Shown here: positions 41,101 to 56,273 of the stretch, piece after piece
Numbering within the stretch: the first letter of the stretch is position 1
How the letters are laid out: each line of letters starts with the position of its first letter
Source of the DNA: Peribolospora baueri
Lineage: Eukaryota
Direction: 5' to 3'
Assembly (NCBI GenBank): GCA_029717555.1
Contig: JAMDHS010000031.1
Coordinates: forward strand, 124,001-188,000
DNA: 64,000 nucleotides
Notes under the pieces: generated by a model
What the model saw: the letters and a program-made list of their open reading frames with translations, nothing else
Told to the model about the DNA's origin: nothing
Database searches by the model: none
Program-made: the position numbers and the translations under genes

Positions 41101-42525
41101 TCCCTATGCGAAGAAGGTCCCAGGTAGCAAAACACGTAGATAAGCGCCTACCCACCCTCGCGATCGATCAAGGAAAAGGAAACGGAAACAGTCGAGCTGG
41201 GCTACTAAAGTCGGGCCGCCGCTCACCAATCCAGAATGAGAACCCTCTTGATCTTGTCCGGGTATCTCTCCTTTAGAACCCTGATGGCGACGGAGACGTT
41301 GTTGTACAGGCAGAAGCCCATGCTCTCCTCGGGCTCCGCGTGGTGTCCAGGAGGGCGAACAACAGCAAAGCCATTCTGTACCTCCCCTCGCGCTACTGCG
41401 TCGCACATCTCAATGACCCCTCCGCACGATAGACGGGCACAGGTTGCGGTAGCCTCGTTAATGTAGAGCGAGGCCGCCTCGTAAAAGGGCTGATTCGCTA
41501 TTAGGTCGATGCGTGACATGACTGGAACGCGGCGTCCCAGAACCAAACGCAAAACGCGCCAAAGGAAGAGACGACAAGCATGAGCATCTCATCGCACAGG
41601 AAACGGTCAGGAAGTCCTTGCTGGATCGTCAGTCGCGCCATAGGACGCGGGTATAACGTGGTCCACGACGGCAAGACCAAACGGAACCGAACTCACGAGC
41701 CGTGCTCTCCACCTTCTCCCACAACTGTTTTGAGTGTACCATCTCGACCTCCTCCCTGGTGACCTCTCTGATCTGAATCCTCTTCATCCTCTGGGCGCAA
41801 CCATTCCTCTTCAAGAGATCGAAGATGACCCAGATCCGGTCCGGCTCCTCGGGGTGATGCTCCTCCTCCAGTGGTGGGGCGTGGAGCATCATTCGCGAAT
41901 CGTAGACCAGACCGCTGCGAGGGATGTCTGGGTGGAAGGGTGTCAGCGTAAGGGCGGAGGTGAGGGAGCGTTCGGTGAGAGAGTGGTCGGGAAAGCCACC
42001 ATGTGGCATGGGCTCCGTGGGATCGGCAGGTAGGCCAGAAAGAGGGAGAGTGTACGGCAACGCGTCCAGACCCAAGGGAGCGTCACCGGAAGGAGCGACG
42101 CCTTCCACGGCAGCGGGAATTAGATCGTCTTTTTGCTGCTGCTGCTGCTGCTGTGGCGAGGAGGAAACCCCTGGCAAAATCCCAGACCCCTCAGAGCCAT
42201 TCAACGCACCCTCGTCCGCACCGCTCGGGACGCCTCCGTCGGGACCTAGAGACGCAAAAGGAGTTACACCGGATTCGTCACCTGTAGTCTCCATGATGTC
42301 CTCAAAGTGCGAGACGTCGCCGTTGCTGGTCGAGAGATGAGGTTGGGATGCGGGTGCGAAAGCGGATTCCGGAGCCGAAGCGGAGGAAGAAGTGAAAGCG
42401 CGTTTGCCATGCGGTATTGAAATGTCATTCGCGTCGTCCTTGAGTCCGTATACATCCTGTGCTTGCGTGTAGAGCGGTTGAGAGGAGGAGGATGGAGACG
42501 GCAGAGGTTCCCGGTGGCGATCCAT
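38196..42525 (-). CDS. HDA1: Class II histone deacetylase Hda1/Clr3 with C-terminal Arb2-like domain, multi-exon
   Basis: [31 protein letters not shown]...[37 protein letters not shown], then [19 protein letters not shown]. Confidence 0.94.
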
Positions 42526-43103
42526 GGTGGGCGAGCGAGCGAGGATGCGTGCGTCGGCGATGAAGACGCGTCTGATCGCCTGCTTGCGAGTGATTTCAAG
42601 CCCCCCTGAGATGGACTCTGGGCCCTATGCTCGATCTGAGAGACGCGGTCCGATCGTCGAAAATGCAACTGGCGAACTGGGAAGGAGTGGTGGGGGACAT
42701 TGCGCTTGCCGCAGCGGTTGATTATCGGTGTCCATCAACGCGGCGCGGACAAGCTTCCATCTAATTAATATTCCTATGAGAGCGTAGATGGACACAGAGG
42801 AGCCTCGACATGTGCGCTCAAACCCCCACCCTCCCCTCCTAACGCACTCGAAACAGGCCCAGACGCCATCAACCCCGTCCTCTCCCCCTTTCCAAGCGCC
42901 CTGCTCGCCAACAAACCCCCAACCAATCCAGCCGGAGGGTCATGCTCAGGCTATCTAGGGTTATGTGAGCTGTTATGAGATAGTCACGTGCCTCTCTGTC
43001 GATCGTTCGAGGTTGGCGACCGGGTTCGTAGCGGTGGACGTCGTCGTCCAGCTCGACATCTCGGCCTCGCTCTCAGCGCCTTCGTTCTCTGCCGCCCACC
43101 GTC

Positions 43104-44113
43104 ATGCAAGCCTCCATCAATCGTTTCCTCTATGGGCCGCCTCCAGAAGAGCGCATCCGGAAGTGGCAGTCAACCCTACGCTCCGAACAGCGCTTGCTTG
43201 ACCGGGAGATGCGCCATTTGGACACGGCGACGACTAAGGCCAAGGGACAGTTGAAACAGCTAGCTAATAAGGGCGATACGAAGAACGCTAGGCTGTTGGC
43301 CAGAGAGGTGGTTAGGACGAATAGGCAGAAGGACCGATTGGCGACGAGCAAGGCACGGTTGGGGAGCATCGGCATGCAGCTCCAACACCAGCTCGGTGAG
43401 TGGGCGGACCTGGAGCCCCGTCCGGACGAATGCATTGTTTCTTCCGAATGGATTCTATCCTCCTGATTGCTCATTTATTTTATTCCAACTCCTCCCGCCC
43501 TTCGATCTACTAGGCCTGTACAAAGTGACGGGCACGCTACAAAAGTCGACGGAGATCATGAAGCTTTCCAACCAGCTTGTTCGGCTACCTCAGGTGTCGA
43601 TGATTATGCGGGAGATGAGCCAGGAAATGATGAAGGTTCGTGAGCGGCGGGGGCGTGTGCTCTTACGATAGTCGGGCGATCTGGCCAGTTTTAGCTAATC
43701 CTTGACCGCTCCACTTTGCCCAGGCCGGCATCCTAGAAGAAATGTTAGATGACACCCTCGACTCTGGCGTGCTGGGCGAGGACGAGGACGAGATCGAGGA
43801 GGAGGCGGAAGGAGAGGTAGACAAGGTTTTGTACGAGTTAACCGATGGTGAGCATCGTTGTAATGTCTCTTTTTCTCAGCGTCGCTTGTCTCCCTTCCTG
43901 GTTGGCTGACCATTTCTCGCATATGCCTTCACTTCGCGTCTCTGCCGGTCACCAACCCTCCGGATTCTCTCAGGCAAGCTAGGCGCAGCCGTCCCCACTA
44001 CGGCTTTGCCTTCGGAAAACCTGTCCGCGCAGGAACCTGTGCAGACGGAGGAGGAGGACGCGGAGGATATGAGAAGGATGCAGGCTGCGTTGGACGGCCT
44101 GTTACGGGAGTAA
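43104..44113 (+). CDS. VPS24: ESCRT-III subunit Vps24/CHMP3, 4 exons
   Basis: YGPPPEERIRKWQSTLRSEQRLLDRE...LLAREVVR...SKARLGSIGMQL|KVTGTLQKSTEIMKLSNQLVRLP...EMMK|AGILEEM; TAA at 44111-44113. Confidence 0.94.
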
Positions 44114-44691
44114 TGACTCTTGAACGGCATCGGGAGTCCACATCTGGCGCTCGTTACTGCCATCCGGTCATTTCTTTCGCCATCCGTCCTTCTCCACCTA
44201 TCACACCTCGTGTTTCGGATACCCATCCTGCCCTCTGCACGCTCTTCCAGATATTTTCTCGCCATTTGACCTCTCACATTATCCTCTCATCCTGTCTTAC
44301 TTACCTCTGTACTTCTAGCTCTGCCTTCCCCTTCTGGTCATCACCAGCTTCTCGCCTATCTTCGCGCGCTTGGATGGCTAGCTCCCTTACTCCTACCACT
44401 TCCCATACGATGCGCTACGTAGAATGCTCCCACCCCCTACCGCCCACTTTCGAAGAGTTTTTACCTTCATCTAAACTCGTCGCATCGACTCGGCCGCGAT
44501 CGCGCTCCCCTTTCAGCCTGGCCTTGCTTTCCAACAACTGACATCGGTAGCGGTACAGCGTCCAAGTGAAGATTACAATTGTTCTTCCCCATCTACGTAT
44601 ATTCACTTTCCACCCCTTTTGCTCAGGAGGATGAGAGATTGGATATCGGCGCAAGGATGTGGGGCAGAGACGCTCGTGCACAGACTGCGCG

Positions 44692-44731
44692 CTCAGGGCG
44701 CTGGCATACGTCTCAGGGCGCTGGCATACGT
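44692..44731. repeat. Exact 20-bp tandem duplication (CTCAGGGCGCTGGCATACGT)x2
   Basis: Read directly; lies between the convergent 3' ends of VPS24 and VPS34. Confidence 0.95.
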
Positions 44732-44794
44732 TGTGACGACCGATGGTAAAGTGGAAGAGAACATACACGTGAGAAAGGCGGCCGAGGTCGCACC

Positions 44795-47700
44795 TCATTG
44801 CCGGAAGTACTGTGCGAAATCGTGAATGCGGTCGAACACGGCGGAAAGGTAGGAGGTCTCGTTGAGGAGGGCGTCAAAGTGCTTGATCGCATCGTCTTCG
44901 GTGAGGTCGAGCCTAAACTTGTCTTGAACCTGATTGAAAGGAAATAGTGGGGAAGTGAGGTCCGCAGAAGAGACACCAGGCTACCGTTGGTCACTCTACT
45001 GACGCACTTTGATGACCGCCTTGTCCGGCTCGATCTTGATGTCCGGCACGTTGGCGTCGACCATGAGAGCGATGAGGTTGAGGATAAGGTTCGCGCTCTT
45101 CCGGAGGCTCGTGAAGGCGGTGCAGCAGAGGCTCTTGAAGCGACCGTAGTGAGGGGAAGAAGTGCCGCCCATGGCGTCTACCATCTCCTTCGAGACTTTC
45201 ACTGGAGGCGGGAACGGTTTTGGGTCCCGGCCGAAGATGTAGGAAAAGTCCACTGAAGGGAAGGATATCAGTGAGAGTCAGTCAAGCCCAAGCGAGGTGT
45301 GGAAGGCTCGGTACGACGTGGGGTGCCCACCATGGAAAAAGTGACCTAAGGGAGAAGAGAAGGACGCGCAAATTCGAGGTCAGCGGCGTCGCGATGCCCG
45401 ATTCGTATCCTTCGTCGCTCTCACCGTCCGGCGACAAAAGAAGGTTGTCCAAGTGTCGATCGCCAACGCCAAGGAGATAAGTGACGACGCAGTAACCAGC
45501 TAAATGAATAGAAAAAGTTTACGCGCAATCGCTCAGCTCTTCTCGTCTCCTCCGTAGCAGGGTGATTTGACCGCGCCGCCAGCTCACCGCAGCTCCGAAT
45601 GAAGGTGTCCAGCACAGCCGGACTGACTCCATATGTGCTCGGACTGGCGTCATCAGGATGATGCGCCTTGAGATAGTTCAACAGACTGCCCCCATGCTCG
45701 CTCATCACCGCAGCCAAGCTCATGCTAGGAACGAATTGCACCATCCCGTCCACGGTGTCCGTGGCGAGGACTCGGTAGGGCGTCATGCGCAGGTCGAGGT
45801 TCTCCTTGCGGAGGAGCCTGTCCATGAGAGTGATGAGCTGGATGACGAGCTGGTCTTGCCTCAGGTCGTCACCGTTCTTAAAGATCACTGGGTACTCGTC
45901 TCCGTCCTCACACTGGAACTGCAGACGCAAGGGGAACAAGTTAGACTTAAAGATGGTGGACCTCTCGGGGACGACGCCTGTGACGTGTATGCGAGCGTCG
46001 AGGGGTAGCGGAAGAGGCGGGGAGATGGAAGAGAGACCGTTCTTGGGGTCGGCGAGCAGCGCCTTGAGCTTGTCAATCTTCTTGGGCCGAGGATCCTTCG
46101 ACAAGCGGAGCTCCTTGGCACGCGTCGACAACGTCGCGATCATTTCGCCCTGTCTCCGCAACGTGTCTCGCCGTTCCGCTCCATCAGGGAGCTGTATGCA
46201 AGGTCAGTCGCCATCGTACACGAGGAGTTTCCGGGCCACTGGGATGCTCGCTCACCTGCATCATCTTGGTCATAAACTTGAACGCCACCTTGCCATACAT
46301 CTTGCCCACCGCCTTGTCCTCGCACTCAACCATGAGGTACCAATGGAAGTTGTTCCCCAGTACGGGGTTGCGCAAGCTACGCTTGATGAGGAAATCCGCC
46401 AGGCCACTCTCGTCCGCCGTTGTCGAGCTCGAAGGCGAAACCGTGGAGACGCCGCGCACGGTGCGTCGGTGGTCTGAGGACGTCGTGGCCGCAGCTGCAA
46501 GGTGATCAAACTTCAGTGCTTGTACGAGCTGGAGAAGGTAAAGGAGGAGCTCCTATCACAGTCCGTCGAGTCAAATAGGTAAGCGCAAGCAATTTCTCGA
46601 AGGAATGAGAGCGGTCTAGAGCGATTCGATCGACGACGCACCTCATCATCTGCCCTCTCCAACTGCCTGACCGCATAGTTCCGAACCCTCACATCCGTGA
46701 ACCCAGGGCCAAGGAGCTCGAGCGCATCATCAAGCTCGGGATCGGTCCACATGGGCAGCAGGACCTCGACGGCCTGCTTGACCTCACTCTCGTCCGTCCA
46801 GACGACGCTCTTCATAAACTTGGTCAACGCCTTCTTGTCTCTGGTCAAGTAGAAGCGGAACTTCCAGATGAGGTCCTTCTCCTCTGGAGTCAGAGGTTTG
46901 GTCGGAGGATAGCAGAGGATTTCCTGTTTTACGTCGTCAACATTTTCCATCATCCCCGTCAGTCCGATCGGTCCAGCATGCCACAGCCCTGAAGATCGCC
47001 TAGCAGAAGTGGAGGACGAGTTCGACGACAAGGACTTACGTTCAGCTCATCCCTGAGCTTGGCGTTTGGCTTGAGCTCTCTATCCAAAGGACCGCTTCTG
47101 TGGCTCCGAACCAAGCGACGGTACTTGGCCTCTACGGGATTCTCGCGAGCGATGTCAGGGTCAACGACGGTGAATATGGAGGAATCGATCTGCTGCGCTT
47201 GAGAGGAGGGGCCTGCGGGAGAGGGACCAGCCGGGTTGGAGGAGGTAGCTGGGGCGGCAAGGATGGGCGGGGGCCCTTCCTAGAGAATGAGAAAACCATG
47301 CACAGTGCAAATGGAAGGGTGTCATCGGGAAGGGGTTCATGATGTAACGTCAAGGCGTGACGGTCGCAGCGCGACGCACCGCTTCGCAAAAGACGACGGG
47401 GAAGTCGAACCTCGGCATGTCAATGTAAAGGAAAAGGGTTTCCGAACTCTCAGACTCAACCTGAGAGCGTGTGCGAAGAAGTAAAAAGAACGAGAATGAG
47501 CAAGGGCTGATCGAAGGAGCGAGCAGTATGACGCACCGTATGGATCTTCTCGATTTGCCGGAACGCCAGTTTATCCAACCAGTCCATTCGCGGGATATCA
47601 CCTCGTTCGTGCTTCTTCACGAGCTATCATGAACAGCATCAACAGGAGTCGAAGGAATGAAAATAAGATGCACGTTCGCAAGCTCTGCATCCCCATGCAG

Positions 47701-48767
47701 ATCGTGGTCAGGATCGCCGGGGCATTCGCTCACCTTCTCCAACCGACCCATCTCATCCTTTAACCCGACCTTGCTCGGCGTCGCCGTATCCACCATCCCA
47801 TCAGCCTCCTGCTCCTTCCACACAAACAGTCGATGTTTACCTTTCTTGAGCGTCCTGCGAGCATTCGAAAGACAGGGCCGAGATGCAGATGAGAACCGGA
47901 TATCCGTTCCGGCAGGCGCAGAAGAAGACAGAGTCGCTCCCACTCACCCTTTCTTGCCGAACAACCGAAACGTGGTCCCTCCCACGACGTTGGTTTCCCT
48001 CGGTCCGGCAATGTCATAGATAGTAAAGGTGACTTGGGCGTTGAGAGGTAGGTCACACAGCTTGAGGGGCATATGAATCCATTCGCTCCACCTGCGTCGC
48101 CCAGAAGAGCGCGTCCAAAGATGCAAGAAACGCACGCCGATATGAGGGCCGACAAGTATGACCGTTCTTCAGCTTCGGATCTAGACACTCCTGCATCTAT
48201 GACCACGCTCACGCATGATTGGTCTTGAACGGCTTGTACGCGGTTCGGTACGGCACCGTCAAAGGCTTGTTTTCCGCCCACAGTTGGCATACGACATAGA
48301 GGTCCGGGAAGGGGCTGTTATTACGTACGAACATGCGGGAGAACGGTGAGCGGATCGAAAGAAACGATGGGAGAGGAGATACCGTCAGCCTTGAGAGAAA
48401 AAAAAAGGCTGGGCTGTCGCTCACGTGGCTTGGAGGCCCCAATGCCTTGCCTCAGGATGTTCCAACAGCTCGGTGAGCGGCTTGCGTTTCCGGATACCTT
48501 CAAGGGAGGATCTGTAAAGAACGAGGGGATGCAACGACAGAGGACGTAGTATGAGATACGACGAGAACAAAAGCCATAGGCGACGGCGCTCGTCGGTCCG
48601 CGCAATTCTAATCCTAAGCCTCGTCCAGTCCAGCCACTACCGATCGGTGCCTCCTCCACTCGGGCGCCAAACGGGGACGACGACAAACCGATGACGCACA
48701 TCCGGAAGGCCAGCGGAAGTTTGAGGTCGGTGAGCTTGACAAACGAGTAAAAATCCTTTGCGTCCAT
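44795..48767 (-). CDS. VPS34: Class III PI3-kinase Vps34, multi-exon
   Basis: C2 domain (WSEWI..PL...DLP), helical domain [70 protein letters not shown]-terminal HDFAQYFRQ*. Confidence 0.96.
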
Positions 48768-49958
48768 TCTCGTCCGTCCGTCCGTCGTCGTTGTCGTTGC
48801 AGATCGGTTGGACCGAAACCTTGGTCAGGCTCGAAGTGATCGACGCTGGACCTGGCCCGAACGTCGGTGCCGCAGTTCGTCGAGACCGCAGCTGATTGAT
48901 ATCATTCATCCCTTCTCTATCTGCTATATCTGCTATCTGCGAAGACTCAACCAACTCACTCGCCCGCTTCTCGACGAGCCTCATCTCATAGATGGCACGG
49001 CGCGATGTGATGCGACGCCGAACCACCGCGACTGGATCGTGACGTCTCGCAGCGCATGGCTGATGGACAGAGGCAGGCTACAAGTATTTAAAAAAAAAAA
49101 AAAAAAAGAAAAAAAAGGATGAATTGACCAGTTTCCGCATCTCCACCCTTCTCCATCGTCTTCCGCCGCCGCCTGAATCGCTCGTTTTGCGTTGTTCTTG
49201 AAGAGTGCCGATGTAGCTAGCTCATGGGCATGGCCTGGACGACCGACCCGGCCCGACGTGGCACTCGCGGCAGAAGACGTCATGTCATGACATCTGGACG
49301 GCGGCGCTGAGGAAAAAGTTGTGCGCCCATGTTCTAGAAGCTCGCGGTCACAGACGTACATGAGCGACGAATGCGAGCGAAGAAGCCGGCTCGGCTCGTG
49401 TCCGTGTCCGTGGAGGTCAATCATCTATCTATTCGAACGTGCGTCTTACATGTGCGACGCTCGCCGTCTGCCTCGCCTCGACTCTGCTTACGGCAAACTC
49501 CATCCCACAAAAAGCCCCTGCCCCTCACGCTCCCGACGACGACGACGTGCTCCGACGCGAGCGAAGGACGTGCCGCGGGACAGAAAAGAAAGATATTTCT
49601 CATTAAAAGCTCTTGACTGGATGAAGGAGCGGGGCGGAACGAAGTACTCGAAAAGACGAACGAAAGGAGATCGATCGAGAGAGAGAGAGAGACGGGAACA
49701 GACAGAACCTCCTTCCATGTTTTCTCCCTTCCTCGCTTCCTTCCTCGCTTCCCATTCATCCCGTTTCGTGAACAAAGAGGCTCGCGTCCGATCGACGAAT
49801 CGGCGCAAAGGAGAATAGAGAGAGGAGCGTGGTGGTGGGGGGAGGGAAGCAAGAACGGACGGACGGACAGAACGAATTTAGGTATCGGTGTTGGGTGTGA
49901 GAGACGTATGTGAGAGAGATGTGGGTGGCAGGAAGACCGGAGGCGGATCTGGGGACCA

Positions 49959-52527
<2,569 letters not shown>

Positions 52528-53308
52528 GGTGGAGGTGGGGGGTGTTTAGGGAGCGAAGGTGGAAGGGAGCGAAGAGGGGGGCTGGAGGGAAGAAGGGAAG
52601 GAGGATGGTGGTGGTGGTCGGAGCGTTGGCAGTCAAGTCCTGGGCGGGCGGCGACGAGAAGCGCGGGCGTGGGTCGGCAGCGGGGCGGAGGAGAGGAGAG
52701 GCAAGGAAGGAGGGAGGGCGAGAAGGGAGGGAAGAAATCGAGAGCGCGAGTCCTGGTTGGTTGCGCCGCTTGCTGGCCGGCGCACCGCGCTAGCCCTTAT
52801 CCCCACCCATCCCCGCCTCTCTCCGCGACGCGCTCCCCCATGGCGTGCCGCAGCGCATTCCAAACGCAAACGCCCAGCTCGCAGCAGCTTCCTGCCCTCG
52901 TTCGTGACATTCGCCCTCAGTACGGACCATGGCCCGTCTACAATACACAAAGGACGCCGGAAACGTGAAACAGACGAGACGAACACCAAATCGGCGCCAC
53001 AGCAGATGGGGAGAGATGAAAAATGAGATGAGACGAGATAAGACGAGACGAGACGGTAACACATGACACGAGACGGCGTGGGAAAAAAGAAAAAAAGCCC
53101 AGCTGCGCACGCCCTCCCTCTACCGGCGTCAAGGCCAAACAAAGCCTTTGGCTCTTCTCTCTCGAGATCCGGATCCTCTTCGAACGACCCGATGCGACGC
53201 GACGCGACAGACAAAGACAGAAAAGACAGACAGACAGATAACAGGCAAACGAATCGGCGCAAGAGGGAGCGAAACACACGACGGTAAAAGCGCCAAGCGT
53301 CGCCCCCG

Positions 53309-56273
53309 TCACCGCTCGCGTTCGGGCTCACGCTCGGGCTCTGCGGCGGGGACGCCGACGTCCGCGCCTTCGCCCACCACGGCCACGAGGACGGTAATGT
53401 CTAAGTGATGAAAAAGCAAAGAAAAGCAAAGCAGAATAGTCAGCCATCAACCACCCTGCCATCCATCCACCCTCCACACTCCGATAACTCACCATCCCTC
53501 TTCCCCCCCGCGTAGCTCAACCCTTCCTCCATGGCCCTCTGCTGGAACGGACTGCTGACGGCGCGCGTGTCCTGGCTCACCGCCTTGGCGCGCGAGCAGA
53601 GCGCCTCCGAAACGAGCTGCGGCGAGAAGCACGGCCGAAGGGAGAGCGGCGTCGGCGAGCGCGGTCGACACGGCGTCGTCTCTCCTGCCGTCGTCATCGC
53701 CGGACTAGAAGGCGGCTTTCCGGCGCTGGAAGGCGGAGAGCTCGCAGAGGACGATGAGTCTTCGCTCGAGGCCATCGACGAGTCGTCGGACGAGTTGGAC
53801 GTCGGTGGAGGGTACAGCGACAAGAAAGAGAAGGAAGCATCCGCCGACGATGGCGTCCCCGTGTCAGGAGAAGAAGGGGAGGGGCAAGGTTGGGCGAGCT
53901 GTACAAACTTAAGCACCTCCTCGACGATCTGTTCGTTGACCCACCGCCGCACATGAGGGAGAACGAAAGGTCGCACGTCAGCTCGCGTCTGCACATCCAC
54001 CGCCAAGAGAGGCATACTGTCGGACACAGCCACAGCCCACTCACGTCCTCGTCGAACAGGTTGTCCACCAACCCATCGCTCCCGAGCACCACTATGTCTC
54101 CCTTCTCCACCTTGACCGTCCACCTCCCCGCGTCCCGCCTAGGCTCGTCCCACCCTCCGTCGGCGAGTCCTCTTCCCTGAGCAAACTTGGCCTTGCGCGC
54201 GCGGAGCTGCGCCTTTCTAGCATAGTCCTCCGCCGACGTCGTAGAGGTGGAGGAGCGCGCGTCGGACGCCGAGACCGCCGCCGCTGCTCGTCTCCTAGCC
54301 TCGTCCTCCTCCCCCTCTCCCTCCCCCTCCCCCTCCGTAGCCGAAGCGCCGTGCGCCCGCTTGTCTCCCTCCGCAGCACCCATCATGCCGAGCTGAACGG
54401 GGAAATTGAAGCTATGCTGCTGTTCCAAGGTGCGAAAGATGAGTTGGCCCGGTAGAACCGTGCCATCGGCCGCTGTCAGCCGCTCCGTGACGAAGGCCGC
54501 ATCGCTGACCGTAGTGGCTCCCGACCGGCCGTCTTCGACAGACCCTCGCTCGCCACCGCCGCCACCGCCGCCGCCGCTATCACCACTACCGTCGTCAGGT
54601 CGATCAGGCCGGATGAGCATGAGCACGGAATCGCCGATGTTGGCCACCCGGAGCTCGTCGCCGATGAGTAGAGCCAACAGAGCCGTGGAAGAGCCGATGA
54701 TGCCTTCCGCTTGCGCCGCCCGCACGCACCGCTCCCACCCGCGCTGCATCAGCTCCACCGGGTCCTGCTCCACGTCCCCTCGCCCCACGTCCTCCCCCTC
54801 CGACCCGTCCCGCGACCGCTGGTAACGCTCGGAAGAACGCTCGAATCCCTCTCCGGAACCTTCTCTCCTCTCTCCTTCTTCTCTTTCTCCGCGCCCCTCC
54901 GCTCCCTCGCCCGCTTTCGTACCTGCGTCTCTCTGAAGTATGGTGGCCTGGGCGAGAGATTGCGTGGCCTCGTCGGCACAAAAGTGCATGAGCAGCCTAG
55001 AGAACATCGCTGGATCTGCACCCTCCCTTCCCGCCCATCCCCCGACGCCGTCTGCAATCCCGAGGGCGGACGGAAGGAGGAAGTAGGCGTCCTCGCCCAC
55101 CGAGACGGACAGGTGGGCTTGCGGACATGCTGAAGAGGAGGAGGAGGGGTCGAGAGCGAGCGAAGAAGAGGACGGCCGTTCGCGAGAGGAGGAAGGGTCA
55201 ACGGGGATCGGAGGAGGATCTGGCGATCGCTCCTTCTCCTTCTCCTTTCCCTTTCCCTTCCAGCTTCTCTGCCTCTCCGACCCGGCTTCGAAAGTCGACC
55301 CGCTGGGAGGCCGCGAAGGCGGGCCAGAACCGCCGCTCAGAGGGTGCCGCTTGGGAATGCCGTAGGCTCCGGTGCGGAAACCAAAATCCCTTCTGTCCGC
55401 ACCCTTGCTCTCGCCAGCGACGAGGGAATGTCGTCTCCGGGAGCCTTGGGGTACGGCCAGAGGCGGGTAGGCGTGATGTGCCGACGAGGGCGCGTACGGA
55501 GACTGAGGATCGGATGGGTCCGCCGCCGTCGTCGCGGAGGGCGCCGGCGAAGGATGGACAGGCATGGAAAGCACGCCAGGAAGGGTAGGGTCAGATGGAG
55601 GGGGGGTCGAGGACGTCGAGCTAAGCGTCGACCGAGCAGAGCCGGAAGATGAGTTGCCTCCCGACCCGGCCGAGCCGTTCGAGCCGCTCGACGGCCCAGG
55701 GCTCGCCGCACCGTTCGCAGGCTCGCTACCGCAACCGCCGCCGCCAGAGCCGCCGGCGTCCGCTACAGCGCCCCCCCCCGCATCGGACTTGGAGCCGGCA
55801 GGTAAAGGGCGAGGGTGGACGAGAGGAGGAGAGGGGGGAAAGACGGAAGGGTAGACGCCGGCGCCATTGCCGCTCGTTGGAAGTCCCACGTTAAGGCTGA
55901 CGCCGATGTCCGCGCCGTTCAGTTTGTAAGGATAGTACACGGCACCTCCGCCACCGCCGCCACCGCCAGGACTGCCGCCGGGAAGAGGGGCGGACCCTGA
56001 CGGAGAGCCAGCGCCGACATGACCACCTGGGCCAGCCGCGGGTGGCCAGAAGTGTAGCGTCCTCCTCTCCTTCCGATGGTGTTGATGCTGAGAGGGTGCA
56101 GGCGTGCGCGCTCCATCGCGAGAGGCGGAAGGGGCGGAAGTGGACGAGGGAGGAGGCGCGGCGGCGGTAAAGGCGAGCGCGGTGTGGTGTCGGTACGAGG
56201 AGGGGGCGGATTTTGCGGAAAGAAGGGCGGAAGAGCGCCCGGCTCTGGAGAGCAACTTGGTGGACCTAGACAT
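53309..56273 (-). CDS. PTC7: PP2C-family phosphatase, Ptc7-like, probably mitochondrial; 3 exons
   Basis: R/S/L-rich presequence; VGEDAYF..LGIADGVGGW, GSSTALL, ANIGDS, EQQHSFNFPVQLG, GDIVVLGSDGLVDNLFDED|, SPF...GGKRD|DITVLVAVV; TGA at 53311-53309. Confidence 0.9.
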
